Source: Longimicrobiales bacterium (GTDB lineage Bacteria; Gemmatimonadota; Gemmatimonadetes; Longimicrobiales; Gaopeijiaceae). From it: 64,000 nucleotides of DNA. The position numbers were made by a program, and so were the translations under genes. Below, in pieces: positions 1 to 9,621 of this stretch. The DNA is taken from contig OZ252251.1 of the NCBI GenBank assembly GCA_965249725.1, positions 672,001-736,000 of the forward strand, written 5' to 3'. Numbering within the stretch: the stretch's first letter is position 1; the number at the start of each line of letters is the position of its first letter. Under the pieces are notes generated by a model. The model was not told where the DNA came from and made no database searches. It worked only from the letters and a program-made list of their open reading frames with translations.

Positions 1-654
1 CTCGAGAGGGGAGAAGAGGCCGAGGAGCGGCGAGGTCTCCACCAGGCCCGCTCGGCGAAGCTCATCGGCGGTCTCCACGTAGGTGTACCGCTCCATCACC
101 TCCGCCCTGAGATCGACGTTGTCCCGTTCCTGGATCCTTCGGAACAGCTGGGTACCGCCGCCCAGGATCACGTCGACCGGCAGATCGGTCATCTGCTTGA
201 AGATCTCGCCGAGCTGGGTTCGACTTCGGGCGTGGGCGGCGAAGGATGCCGGAGTGGCGTCGGCCACGTAGGTCGTCGTGACCAGGCCGGTGGCCCAGCC
301 CCTGTCATGGGCCGCCTCGAGCGACGTTCTACGCGGGCGCCCATCCGGGCCCAGGGAGATGGCTCCACGGACGGTACGGACTCCGGTGGCGATCGCCGTG
401 GCGCTGGCGGCACTGCCTGTCACCTCGTGATCGGACCCCCGCGTGTCCACCAGGCCCGCCACCGGCATCCTGCGGACGGCGAGGTCGTCCGAGCCGAAGC
501 TGGCCAGGGTCCAGTGCCCTACCCCCGCCCCGTCCGCCATGAACACGATGACCGCTGTCGGATAGTCCTGGCCTGTCGCGACGGGGGCCGTCGTGCAGCT
601 CGAGGCCAGGAGGAGGAGAAGCGGAGCGACGCCATTCAGGGGCCTACGGCACAT
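1..654 (-). CDS. Alkaline phosphatase (PhoA family) lipoprotein, 3' end outside window
   Basis: Manual translation from ATG 654: MCRRPLNGVAPLLLLLASSC (lipobox), VIVFMADGAG, VTGSAASATAIATG (active-site Ser), TTTYVADATPASFAAH, VDVILGGG; absent from the ORF track because it has no stop in the window. Confidence 0.88.
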   Translation of the reverse strand, partial: MCRRPLNGVAPLLLLLASSCTTAPVATGQDYPTAVIVFMADGAGVGHWTLASFGSDDLAVRRMPVAGLVDTRGSDHEVTGSAASATAIATGVRTVRGAISLGPDGRPRRTSLEAAHDRGWATGLVTTTYVADATPASFAAHARSRTQLGEIFKQMTDLPVDVILGGGTQLFRRIQERDNVDLRAEVMERYTYVETADELRRAGLVETSPLLGLFSPLE

Positions 655-683
655 AGGTATTCCGTTCTGCTGGGCTGTGGATT

Positions 684-1095
684 CTAGGCTGCTGCCCGGA
701 ACGCCCTCTGGAACAGGCGGCGAATCAACAGAACCGCGAGCACCAGAATGATGAGGAGTTCGGCCAGGCTGCCGATGAACCAGATGCCCCAGCCGCGGAA
801 CATCGAAAGGAACCAGACCAGCGCAGCGCATATCGCGAAGAACTGGAAGACCTCGACAATAGACCGCCAGCTCGCCAATTCCGACAGCGGGAACGAATCC
901 CACGACCATCGCCAATGTGAACTGGAGTGCGGCAACGAGGATGAAGATGTTGGCGAAGAGGAGGCCGTCACGATCCGTTCGTCCACCTCGACCCACCAGC
1001 GCGGCGCCCGTCCCGATGAGCGGTATGGCTACCGCCATGACGAAGAACGGGAGGGCGTTGCTCTCCGCCAACGCAAACGCATCGAGGAAGATCTC
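684..1095 (-). pseudogene. Frameshifted small membrane protein
   Basis: Hydrophobic frame EIFLDAFALAESNALPFFVMAVAIPLIGTGAALVG...FTLAMVVGF switches at ~895 to a second hydrophobic frame FPLSELASWRSIVEVFQFFAICAALVWF...; no clear start. Confidence 0.4.
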
Positions 1096-2371
1096 ACGCG
1101 GCCTGGTGAATCTCCGTGGCGGCGCGGAGCCCTGACGCGAGTGCACCTTGCATCCACCCCCGCGCGTCGGAGGCGTGCTCCCCGGCGAAGTGTACGCGCC
1201 CTTCGGCCATCCCGAGGAACGGGCTGAGATCGGCATCCTGTTGCACTGTGGGTGCAGCGTACGCCGAGCCCGCCCAGGGGTCCTCAGTCCAGGCGTAGGA
1301 CGTTCCCGAGTCCACGTGCGCGGCGACATCCGGGAAGAAACCGCCCCAGTGTCCGAGCACGTGCTGCAGACGTTGCTCTTCGGTGAGGGATGCCAGCTCC
1401 AGGGCTCTGTCCCCTCGGACATAGGACAGCAGCAAGCCACTTGGTCCTGACCGGTCCCAAGTGGGGTGCCACAGCTCCTCCGGCCAGTCGGTAGTGCCCC
1501 AACCGTTCCATCCTTCGGCTTCCCAGAAGCGCTCCCGGAATTGGACGAATACCCTTGTCGCCGCGCGGTACTCGAACCCGCCGCTGGAGGCGCTGAGCTT
1601 CTCGGGAGAGAGTTCGGGTGTGAACCGGATCCGCCCTATCACTGGAAGCGGCACCGAGCAGAGCACTCGATCGACGAACGAGGTTTCACCGTCAGCCGTG
1701 GTCAGCCGAACGCCTCCACCCTGCTGTTCGACGTTCAGTACCTCCGCACCGAACCGCACTCGTTGGCCGAGTGCCTCTGCGAACGCCATAGGGAGCCGGT
1801 CTGTCCCTCCGCGGATCTTCACGAAGGCGGGCCGCTCGGAGAGGAACTCCGTGGGGGACCTGGTGGCGCGCTGTCCGTCGACGTACTCGACGAAGGATCC
1901 TGCTTGAGGATAGAACGGGTCCAGCTCGAGCCCGAAGTGACTGACGTAGCCGAGCGTCAGATCGTGTTCCGGACGGATCCGCGCCGCACCGGCTTCGGCG
2001 AGGTGACCATCCGCGAAGGGGGCACGGAGTGTGAGCACCCTCCCGCCGACCCGGGTCTGACCCTCTAGGATCGTCACCTCGTGGCCGCTCTGACTCAGCT
2101 CGTAGGCGGCGACAAGCCCGGACAGGCCTGCGCCGATGACCGCTACGCGTTTCGGCGACCCTGATCCGAGTGGTCCGGGGCTTTCTTCGGGTGTCGTCGG
2201 CCCGTCGCACGACACGAGTGTCGAACCAGCCAGCGCGAGGGCGCTTTGTCGAACGAAATCTCGTCTAGTGAGGTTTTGGGGTATCAGTGGGGGTATCAGT
2301 GGGGGTATCAGTGGGGGTATCAGTGGGGGTATCACGGTGATCGGGACAGGTGACTCTCGTGCGTCGATCAT
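1094..2371 (-). CDS. Tat-exported flavin monoamine oxidase family protein
   Basis: LTRRDFVRQS twin-arginine signal with Cys, GAGLSGL FAD motif, RVGGRV, EAGAARI, FAGEH...GWMQGALASG; start chosen at ATG 2371. Confidence 0.85.
   Translation of the reverse strand: MIDARESPVPITVIPPLIPPLIPPLIPPLIPQNLTRRDFVRQSALALAGSTLVSCDGPTTPEESPGPLGSGSPKRVAVIGAGLSGLVAAYELSQSGHEVTILEGQTRVGGRVLTLRAPFADGHLAEAGAARIRPEHDLTLGYVSHFGLELDPFYPQAGSFVEYVDGQRATRSPTEFLSERPAFVKIRGGTDRLPMAFAEALGQRVRFGAEVLNVEQQGGGVRLTTADGETSFVDRVLCSVPLPVIGRIRFTPELSPEKLSASSGGFEYRAATRVFVQFRERFWEAEGWNGWGTTDWPEELWHPTWDRSGPSGLLLSYVRGDRALELASLTEEQRLQHVLGHWGGFFPDVAAHVDSGTSYAWTEDPWAGSAYAAPTVQQDADLSPFLGMAEGRVHFAGEHASDARGWMQGALASGLRAATEIHQAA
2278..2334. 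repeat. 12-bp tandem repeat GGGGTATCAGTG x4.75 (encodes IPPL repeats)
   Basis: Directly visible perfect repeat. Confidence 0.95.
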
Positions 2372-2506
2372 GACAACGTAGGCGGCAACGTACGTGACAA
2401 CGTACGTGGGGCCTGGAGTGGGCTTTCCTCGTCTCGACGCCGGCTTGACGTGAGTCGACCCGTGTAAGGAGGTTGCTCTTTCGATCATCATCCACCGGAG
2501 ATCCCA

Positions 2507-3586
2507 GTGCCCGTTCGATTCCGTGCCTTGGCTGCCGTCGCCCTTTGCGTGTCCCCCGCTGTTCTGTGGGGTTGGCCTCCCGAAATGGCCAGCGCCCAAG
2601 TCCGCCCCATGCGGACCGAGCAGGAGAGCGGTACCTCCGTGCTTCTTCAGGCTGTGAGCCCGGTGAGTGATCAGATCGTGTGGGCCTCCGGCCACGGAGG
2701 GACCTTCGCCCGGACCACCGACGGGGGGGCGACCTGGACGGCCAGCGTGATGCCCGGAGAGGAGACGCTCCAGTTCCGGGACATCGACGCGTTCAGCGCT
2801 CGCACGGCCTACATGATGAGCGCCGGCGGCGGGACCGTATCGCGGATCTACCGTACCGATAACGGCGGCGACACGTGGGACCTCCAATTCCAGAATGAGC
2901 ATCCCGACGGCTTCTTCGACTGCATGGCTTTCTGGGACGTGGACCACGGCGTCCTGTATGGAGACGAGATCGAGGGGCAGCTCTACATTCTCCGGACCGA
3001 CGATGGGGGAGATTCCTGGAATCGTGTGCCCGCCAACTCGTTGCCTCCCGCACAGGACGGGGAGGGTGGCTTCGCTGCGAGCGGCACGTGCATCGCTACC
3101 GGCGAGGGTGGTCGCGGTTGGATCGCAACGGGTGCCGCGGAGCGCGCTCGGGTGTTGGTGACCGAGGATCAGGGCCGGACGTGGACCGAATCGCCGGTAC
3201 CTGTTCCGGGCGGGAACGCGGCAGGACTGACGACGATCGGCTTCCTCGACAACGACACCGGAATCGCCCTGGGTGGGTTGATCGGGCAGGATACGATGCG
3301 GGTGGACAACGTGACGGTTACGTCCGACGGCGGTCGCACGTGGACGTCAGGGGGCAGATCACGCCTGGCCGGTCCGGTCTACGGATCCTCCTGGGTGCCC
3401 GGGGCCTCGAGCCCCACCGTGTTCGCTGTGGGCCCCGGAGGAGCCGACTACTCGGTGGACGGCGGGCGAAGCTGGCGAGCGGCGGATACACGCACCTACT
3501 GGGCGGTCTCCTTCGTGTCGCCAGGGCGCGGGTGGGCGGTGGGTCCGCGAGGACGGATCACCCGCTTCGGTTTCGGGGGTCGCTGA
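2507..3586 (+). CDS. Secreted BNR/Asp-box (YCF48-like) beta-propeller protein
   Basis: Signal peptide; repeated TxDGGxTW / SxDGGxSW Asp-boxes. Confidence 0.8.
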   Translation: MPVRFRALAAVALCVSPAVLWGWPPEMASAQVRPMRTEQESGTSVLLQAVSPVSDQIVWASGHGGTFARTTDGGATWTASVMPGEETLQFRDIDAFSARTAYMMSAGGGTVSRIYRTDNGGDTWDLQFQNEHPDGFFDCMAFWDVDHGVLYGDEIEGQLYILRTDDGGDSWNRVPANSLPPAQDGEGGFAASGTCIATGEGGRGWIATGAAERARVLVTEDQGRTWTESPVPVPGGNAAGLTTIGFLDNDTGIALGGLIGQDTMRVDNVTVTSDGGRTWTSGGRSRLAGPVYGSSWVPGASSPTVFAVGPGGADYSVDGGRSWRAADTRTYWAVSFVSPGRGWAVGPRGRITRFGFGGR

Positions 3587-3710
3587 CCCTGCGTCTCCGG
3601 CTCCCGACCCACCTCGGCCGGGAACTTCTGCACGGGGTAACGGGATATGGAGTCATCTGTGCAAGACGGGGCCGCCCTGGTGAAGTGGTCCTGGCCAACC
3701 GGAGGGACCC

Positions 3711-4673
3711 ATGCTGATCAAGCGACCTGCCGATATTCCTTCGTCCGAGATCACGTCGGAGAGCGTCTACCTGAATCGCCGCGAGTTCATTGCCGGGCTC
3801 GCGCTGGCCGGGGCGGTGGGCGGCTCGATCCTGGATCCTCGGCGTGCCGAAGCGCAGCGCCCTAGCGATCTGCCCGGGTACGATCAGAAAGACTGGAGCA
3901 AGGTCCGCTCTGAACTCGACGAGTCGCTGAACTCCCACAAGGACGTCACCACATACAACAACTTCTACGAGTTCGGCACCGGCAAGGGTGATCCGGTGAA
4001 GAACGCGCACACGTTACGACCGGAACCCTGGACCATCGAGGTAGACGGTCTGTGCGCCAACCCGGGGACGTACGGGTTGGAGGACTTTGTGAAGCCCGGG
4101 AAGATGGAAGACCGCGTCTATCGTCTCCGCTGCGTCGAGGCCTGGTCGATGGTGGTTCCCTGGTACGGCTTATCGCTCAAGGACGTCATCGATCGGGCCG
4201 ATCCGCTCGGTAGTGCACAGTACGTGGAATTCACGACGCTCTACGACCTCGAGCAGATGCCGATGCAGCGCGCCTTCGTGCTGGAGTGGCCTTACGTCGA
4301 AGGACTTCGCTTGGACGAGGCACGCCATCCCCTGACCATGTTGGTGACGGGCGTCTACGGGCAGGATCTGCCGAACCAGAACGGGGCTCCATTGCGGCTC
4401 GTGATCCCTTGGAAGTACGGCTTCAAGGGTATCAAGTCGATCGTGAAGATGAGCTTCACCGATACCCCGCCTCTCAACTCGTGGCAGCGTTCCACTCCGT
4501 GGGAGTACGGGTTCTACGCCAACGTGAACCCTGAAGTGAACCATCCTCGGTGGAGCCAGGCACGGGAGCGCAGGCTGGGTGAGTTTCGCAAGCGCGAGAC
4601 GCTCATGTTCAACGGGTACGGCGATCAGGTGGCCAGCCTCTACTCCGGGATGGACCTTCGGGTGAACTTCTGA
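3711..4673 (+). CDS. msrP: Protein-methionine-sulfoxide reductase catalytic subunit MsrP
   Basis: MLIK..SEIT..YLNRREFI Tat signal, YNNFYEFG, RLRCVEAWSMV, QNGAPLRLVIPWKYGFKGIKSIV, YGFYANVNP. Confidence 0.96.
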   Translation: MLIKRPADIPSSEITSESVYLNRREFIAGLALAGAVGGSILDPRRAEAQRPSDLPGYDQKDWSKVRSELDESLNSHKDVTTYNNFYEFGTGKGDPVKNAHTLRPEPWTIEVDGLCANPGTYGLEDFVKPGKMEDRVYRLRCVEAWSMVVPWYGLSLKDVIDRADPLGSAQYVEFTTLYDLEQMPMQRAFVLEWPYVEGLRLDEARHPLTMLVTGVYGQDLPNQNGAPLRLVIPWKYGFKGIKSIVKMSFTDTPPLNSWQRSTPWEYGFYANVNPEVNHPRWSQARERRLGEFRKRETLMFNGYGDQVASLYSGMDLRVNF

Positions 4674-4689
4674 TCGGACGCTGAGCCGG

Positions 4690-5337
4690 TTGAACAAGAA
4701 GCGACAGATCCTCCTCCTCAAGGTCGTGGTGTGGCTGATCGGTCTTACGCCCGCGACCTGGCTCGTGTGGCGTGGCCTGACGGATCGTTTGGGAGCCAAT
4801 CCCATCGAGGAGATCCTGCATCGGCTGGGTGGTACGGCGTTGATCCTCCTCCTGACGACGCTGTCGGTGACGCCCATCCGGAGCGTCACGGGGTGGAACA
4901 GCCTCACCCATCTCCGCCGCCCGTTGGGGCTCTTCGGCTTCTTCTATCTCACCCTGCACTTTCTGACCTACGCCGTCCTGGACCAGACCCTCGACTGGGA
5001 GTTCATTCTCGAGGACTTGACCGAGCGGCGGTACATCATCGTGGGATTCACGGCGTGGGTCCTCCTGATCCCTCTGGCGGTGACGTCGACCAAGGGATGG
5101 ATCAGGCGGCTCGGCAAGCGCTGGCAGAAGCTCCATCGCATCGCGTACGTCTCGACGGCCCTCGGCGTGCTGCACTTCTATTGGCAGGTGAAGGCGGACA
5201 CTTACTGGCCCCTGGTGGCGACGACGGTCCTTGCGGTACTCATGCTCTTCCGACTCCGGGTGTGGCGGAGCAAGAGGTCTGCCAAGTCCGGCCCCGCTGC
5301 GGCGGTACCGGGTGCCTCCTCGGCGGCGAACCGCTAG
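4690..5337 (+). CDS. msrQ: Heme-binding membrane subunit MsrQ
   Basis: LGANPIE, RRPLGL...YLTLH, PLAVTS, W.KLHR.AY, LHFYW; directly after msrP. Confidence 0.93.
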   Translation: MNKKRQILLLKVVVWLIGLTPATWLVWRGLTDRLGANPIEEILHRLGGTALILLLTTLSVTPIRSVTGWNSLTHLRRPLGLFGFFYLTLHFLTYAVLDQTLDWEFILEDLTERRYIIVGFTAWVLLIPLAVTSTKGWIRRLGKRWQKLHRIAYVSTALGVLHFYWQVKADTYWPLVATTVLAVLMLFRLRVWRSKRSAKSGPAAAVPGASSAANR

Positions 5338-5347
5338 GACGGTCACG

Positions 5348-6814
5348 ATGCCACTCGAGCGATACCGAACGATCATCCCGGAGTGGGATCGCTTTCAGGC
5401 GACCATCCTGTTACGCGATCCGACGACGATCCGAGTTCGCACAGGACGGACCACATCAGGGGAGCTCGCCGAGCGACTCCGGACCCAGGGCTTCGTGCTC
5501 GAGCCTATCGAGGGGCTCCCCGACTTCATGCGCGTGGTCGACGGCCCGCACAGCGTGGCCGACACCATCGAGAACTGGCTCGGGATGTTCTACATCCAGC
5601 AAGCCTCCACGGGGGTAGCCGCTCCGCTTCTTGGGCCTCGCCCGGGGGAGCGCATTCTCGACATGTGTGCCGCGCCGGGGGGTAAGACGACTCACGCTGC
5701 AGACCTCATGGAAGACCGTGGCTGTATTGTGGCTGTGGATCGCAACGAGCACCGCATCCGCGCGCTGCTGGGCAACCTCTATCGCACCGCTCACCCCAAT
5801 GTGCTGGTGGTATCGGGCGATGGAAGGGCGCTCCCGGACGGGGCCCTGTTCGACCGGGTGCTCGTGGATGCGCCCTGTTCCGCCGAGGGCACGCTGCGCC
5901 GTAAGGGCGGAATCGTTCGCGGGCAGCCGAAGAAGTTCCGTCAGGGGGTACCCCGACGGCAGGAGGGGCTTCTTCGAAGAGCGATCGAGTTGACCCGTCC
6001 TGGTGGGGTCGTGCTCTATTCCACCTGCACTTTCGCCCCGGAGGAGAACGAGGCTGTGGTCAGCCGTGTTCTCGAGGATGCTCCGGTAGTGCTCGAACCC
6101 ATTTCCATCGAGGCGCCCCACGCGCCGGGGCTGATGAGCTTCGAGGGTGTGAAGTACCACGCCAGCCTGGAAGGGGCGTGCCGCATCTATCCCCACCACC
6201 TGGATTCCGGCGGGCTGTTCCTGGCAAGGCTCCGTCGCTTGGACGGGGACGCGTCAGGGGGAGGAGCCGATGGAGGGAGAGGCCAGGATCTGCCTGGATG
6301 GAGCCCTGTCCCCGTAGCCTTTCCCGATGGTACCGATCCCGACAAGGCCCGGCGGATGATCGACGAGGGGATGGAGAGGCTCAGAGCGTACTTCGGCGTC
6401 GAAGAGGCCGCATTCGAGGGGCTTCACTGGATGGTGCGAGGCGACGACTTATGGGTGCATCGCTGCGGCAGTTGGCCGCTGGATGCATGGGGTGAGCCCG
6501 ACCGTTGGCGCGTGGTGTCGGTTGGGCTGCGGGCGATGGTACCGGACTACAAGGGCCGCCCCAGGCCGACGAACGATCTCTTGCGACTGCTGGAGGGGGC
6601 GCTGGGTCAGAGTGTCGTTCCGCTGTCACGCGGCCAGTGGAAAGCGCTCCTCGAAGGCGCCGAGGTCGATGTCCCCGGTATCCAGTCGGGCTTCTCGCCT
6701 CTGGGTCTCGACGGGCATGTGGCGGGGCGTGGGCTGGTTCGCGGGGAACGCGTGAAGCATGAGATCCCGAAGGTTCAGGCGCGTTGGCTCGCCAAGATTC
6801 TCGGATCTGACTGA
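5348..6814 (+). CDS. RsmB/RsmF (NOL1/NOP2/Sun) RNA m5C methyltransferase
   Basis: ILDMCAAPGGKT, FDRVLVDAPCS, YSTCTFAPEENE motifs. Confidence 0.9.
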   Translation: MPLERYRTIIPEWDRFQATILLRDPTTIRVRTGRTTSGELAERLRTQGFVLEPIEGLPDFMRVVDGPHSVADTIENWLGMFYIQQASTGVAAPLLGPRPGERILDMCAAPGGKTTHAADLMEDRGCIVAVDRNEHRIRALLGNLYRTAHPNVLVVSGDGRALPDGALFDRVLVDAPCSAEGTLRRKGGIVRGQPKKFRQGVPRRQEGLLRRAIELTRPGGVVLYSTCTFAPEENEAVVSRVLEDAPVVLEPISIEAPHAPGLMSFEGVKYHASLEGACRIYPHHLDSGGLFLARLRRLDGDASGGGADGGRGQDLPGWSPVPVAFPDGTDPDKARRMIDEGMERLRAYFGVEEAAFEGLHWMVRGDDLWVHRCGSWPLDAWGEPDRWRVVSVGLRAMVPDYKGRPRPTNDLLRLLEGALGQSVVPLSRGQWKALLEGAEVDVPGIQSGFSPLGLDGHVAGRGLVRGERVKHEIPKVQARWLAKILGSD

Positions 6815-6839
6815 CCAAAGGGAACGTGGCCGAGAAGCG

Positions 6840-7226
6840 CTAGAGCATGGGGGCGAGCAGACTCTCCACGAAACGTCCATCGGACGGAGCGAGTGGTAGG
6901 TCCCGCAGGGCATCCAACCCGAACCAACCGATCTCCGAGTGCTCGAGGGCGCTGGGCTCGCCGGCGACCTCTACGTCGACGAACCTGATCATGAACGGAG
7001 CCTTCGGGTCCCGGCTCTCGAAAAGGATGTTACCGACAGAGAGCGTGCGCAGATCGAGTTCCTCTATGAGTTCCCGCTCCACCGCCTCGAAGTCGGTTTC
7101 CCCGGGATCGACCTTGCCGCCCGGAAACTCCCAGAGTCCTCCGTGTCGCTTGTGGACGGGGCGTCGGCCCAGAAGAAACAGGGGGCCTTTGCGAATGACG
7201 GCGGCTACGACTGAAATCTCATCCAT
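6840..7226 (-). CDS. NUDIX hydrolase (MutT/NudG-like)
   Basis: WEFPGGKVDPGETDFEAVERELIEE Nudix box. Confidence 0.9.
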   Translation of the reverse strand: MDEISVVAAVIRKGPLFLLGRRPVHKRHGGLWEFPGGKVDPGETDFEAVERELIEELDLRTLSVGNILFESRDPKAPFMIRFVDVEVAGEPSALEHSEIGWFGLDALRDLPLAPSDGRFVESLLAPML

Positions 7227-7475
7227 AGCGCCACGGTAACTCGCTGTGTGAGCCGGGGCGACCGCGGCCCTGCGTTCCCGACCGAAGGGCATGTTTCTTG
7301 ACCGTCGGAGGGGCTCCGCTTAGAGTCACCGACCCAGCAGGCAGCCCCTCCGTCGTCCCCCCCGACGATCCTGCAGTGGTTTGGCTACGAGTTGATCGGT
7401 CCTGTCCGGTTCGTCCAGATCGTTGAGGCGATTCCTCGGTGCGGCTCGGTCCGATTCGCAGAAAGAGGCGCGATA

Positions 7476-8096
7476 GTGAACTACGGAAGAACGACTCTCC
7501 AGACTTGTATCGCCCTTGGCCTGATCGCCCTTTCGGGGTGTGCGAGCGTCCCAAAGGAAACGGTTGCGCTCTCCGTGGCCGTCGGGGAGGACATCCAGCA
7601 GCTCTACTCGGGCTACAAGAGCATGGTCAGGCTCTCTTTCGAGCAGATGCGGGACAACGGAATGTTGGTGATCGACGAGGTCTGGACGCCCGTGTATCTC
7701 GCGACCTTCGTCCGCGAAGGGGAACTCCTGGAGATTGCGAGGGAGGAGAATTGGGACGATCTGCAGGGGTGGGCGAGTGCCGCCATCGAAGACATCGAGG
7801 CGAAACGAAGGGAGTTTCTCGATGAGGTGGACGCGAGAGAGACGGCGCTCCTCGAGAAGATCGACGAGGCGTTCGGGCGTACCCTCAGCGCCAACGCCGC
7901 CGTGACCGCCCACCTCAACAGCGTCCTCGAGGTGGAGGGTCTGCAGGATCAGATGATCGAAACGGCCGGGCTGAAGGATCTCAGGGACCAGATCACGTCG
8001 GATATTGCCGCCGCCTCCAACTTTGCGCGCAATGCCACCGAGGAAATCAGGGAGGCCTCATCGGTGCTGAATGCGGCGAATGACAACCGCCAGTAG
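7476..8096 (+). CDS. Hypothetical helical lipoprotein
   Basis: GTG start after GAGG; lipobox LSGC; coiled-coil-like body. Confidence 0.7.
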   Translation: MNYGRTTLQTCIALGLIALSGCASVPKETVALSVAVGEDIQQLYSGYKSMVRLSFEQMRDNGMLVIDEVWTPVYLATFVREGELLEIAREENWDDLQGWASAAIEDIEAKRREFLDEVDARETALLEKIDEAFGRTLSANAAVTAHLNSVLEVEGLQDQMIETAGLKDLRDQITSDIAAASNFARNATEEIREASSVLNAANDNRQ

Positions 8097-8143
8097 TGAT
8101 ACTCCGTCGCGGGCACGCTGACCAAAGAGAGAGAGGATCGATC

Positions 8144-8461
8144 GTGGGAAGAGACTTCAGGGAAGCTCGGAGAAAGGCCAAAGAGGCGGCGGACGAAGCC
8201 GTCGGTGACAAGCTCGATGCGATCCTGCAGGTCGCCGCCCACCTAGAGGAGATCTTCGACGAGTTGGAGTTGAGCGATCAGGAGGTGTACGATGGCCTGA
8301 CCGAGATTGTGCGGGACGCCACCGAGAAGAACGAGTCGCTCGCGACCGTGATCGATCGGGTGAGAACGCTCGGGGAGGTCGGTCAGGAACTCGCTACGAG
8401 AATTGCGGATGTGACCAGCGCCGGTGCCCTCGCGGCCGTGCGTGGCGCTCTGAACGTCTAG
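8144..8461 (+). CDS. Hypothetical protein
   Basis: GTG after GAGG; acidic helical sequence; co-oriented with the lipoprotein. Confidence 0.6.
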   Translation: MGRDFREARRKAKEAADEAVGDKLDAILQVAAHLEEIFDELELSDQEVYDGLTEIVRDATEKNESLATVIDRVRTLGEVGQELATRIADVTSAGALAAVRGALNV

Positions 8462-8586
8462 CCTGCAACCCAGCGTTTCCACTCCTCGGCGTCGTACCCC
8501 ACCGTCACGTCCTCTAGCCGATCACGTCCCGATACCGCGGCAATGGCGGAGGCGGCTGCGGTCTTGAGAAAGGCTCTTCGGTGCAT
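8458..8586 (-). CDS. 42-aa ORF, roughly half Tat signal peptide
   Basis: GGAG RBS then MHRRAFLKTAAASAIAAVSGRDRLEDVTVGYDAEEWKRWVAG*. Confidence 0.45.
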   Translation of the reverse strand: MHRRAFLKTAAASAIAAVSGRDRLEDVTVGYDAEEWKRWVAG

Positions 8587-8668
8587 AGTGATCTCCAGAT
8601 CCGTCGACAACGACTCAGCGGTTCGGCAGCAAGATAGATCGAGGGGGGCGGCTAGGCCCTCCGAGTCT

Positions 8669-9418
8669 TCAAGGCTTCCCCGTCAGGAATCGGCCCTCAC
8701 GGATGAAGTAGATGCACTGATCCGCCACGCCCCGGTGGTTCATGATGAACGTATGCGTGGCCTCGACGACGAGAAACGCGTCGGCACCCTCGAGTCGCGC
8801 CCGATCGACGGCCACCTTGCCATCGTCCGGTCCGGGGATGAGCCAAGAGTTGATCAGGTTCATGCTGCGGTTCCCTGTGATGATCCCGACCTCGAAGTCG
8901 GCAGGGCCGAGCTGGTGGGCGATGCCCATGCTATCGGTTCCGAGCCGCGATCCGCTCGGACCCAGGATGCCGCTCAAGACGGGTGACTCGGCGATCAGGT
9001 CGGAGACGAAGTCCGCGACCTCACTCCCCTGATTGGGGGGCGCGAGCATCACGACCCGTCCCTGGTGATTCGGCGAGTGTGCCCCCAGGTAGAACCGAAC
9101 TAGAAGGCCTCCCATGGAGTGTGTGACGAAGTGGACTCGCGTGATGTCCTGGGCACAGCACGCTTCCAGCCGGGCTCGCAGGCGGGCCACCAGACTCTCG
9201 ATGGGTTCGTCGGTCGAAGGGTAGCCGAAGTTGAAGACACGGAATCCGGCGGCCTCGAGTCGCTCCACCAGAATCGCCATCGACGTGGGCGTGCGGCCGA
9301 GCCCGTGGACGACGATGACGGTCTCGGCGTCGTCGTCGACCGGTGGGGACAGGCACCCCGAAACGAGCAGGGCCACCAACGTGGATACGAGTAGGAATGG
9401 GCGCGTCGTGATGGGCAC
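8669..9418 (-). CDS. Alpha/beta hydrolase (esterase/lipase) lipoprotein
   Basis: Lipobox VSGC, VHGLGR oxyanion motif, THSMGG nucleophile elbow, DDGKV, HTFIM. Confidence 0.85.
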   Translation of the reverse strand: MPITTRPFLLVSTLVALLVSGCLSPPVDDDAETVIVVHGLGRTPTSMAILVERLEAAGFRVFNFGYPSTDEPIESLVARLRARLEACCAQDITRVHFVTHSMGGLLVRFYLGAHSPNHQGRVVMLAPPNQGSEVADFVSDLIAESPVLSGILGPSGSRLGTDSMGIAHQLGPADFEVGIITGNRSMNLINSWLIPGPDDGKVAVDRARLEGADAFLVVEATHTFIMNHRGVADQCIYFIREGRFLTGKP

Positions 9419-9621
9419 GGCTCCTTCACCTCTCCGGTACTTCGGGTCACTAACGGTACGGGCATCTGTACCTGTGGCACAGAGGTATCCCGGAGCCGTG
9501 GGTGAGAACCGGGACCCAGGGCATTGCAGGATCATTCGTCCCCGTAGTATGTCCCATGGGTCGGACGCTCGCCCGCCCCGGGCCTGAGACCGTTGGATTC
9601 CAAGTCGGCAAAGGAACGACC

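Noticed and set aside
2278..2334. CRISPR array or integrase arm sites
   Set aside because: No spacers, 12-bp units, in frame in a coding region, no adjacent integrase
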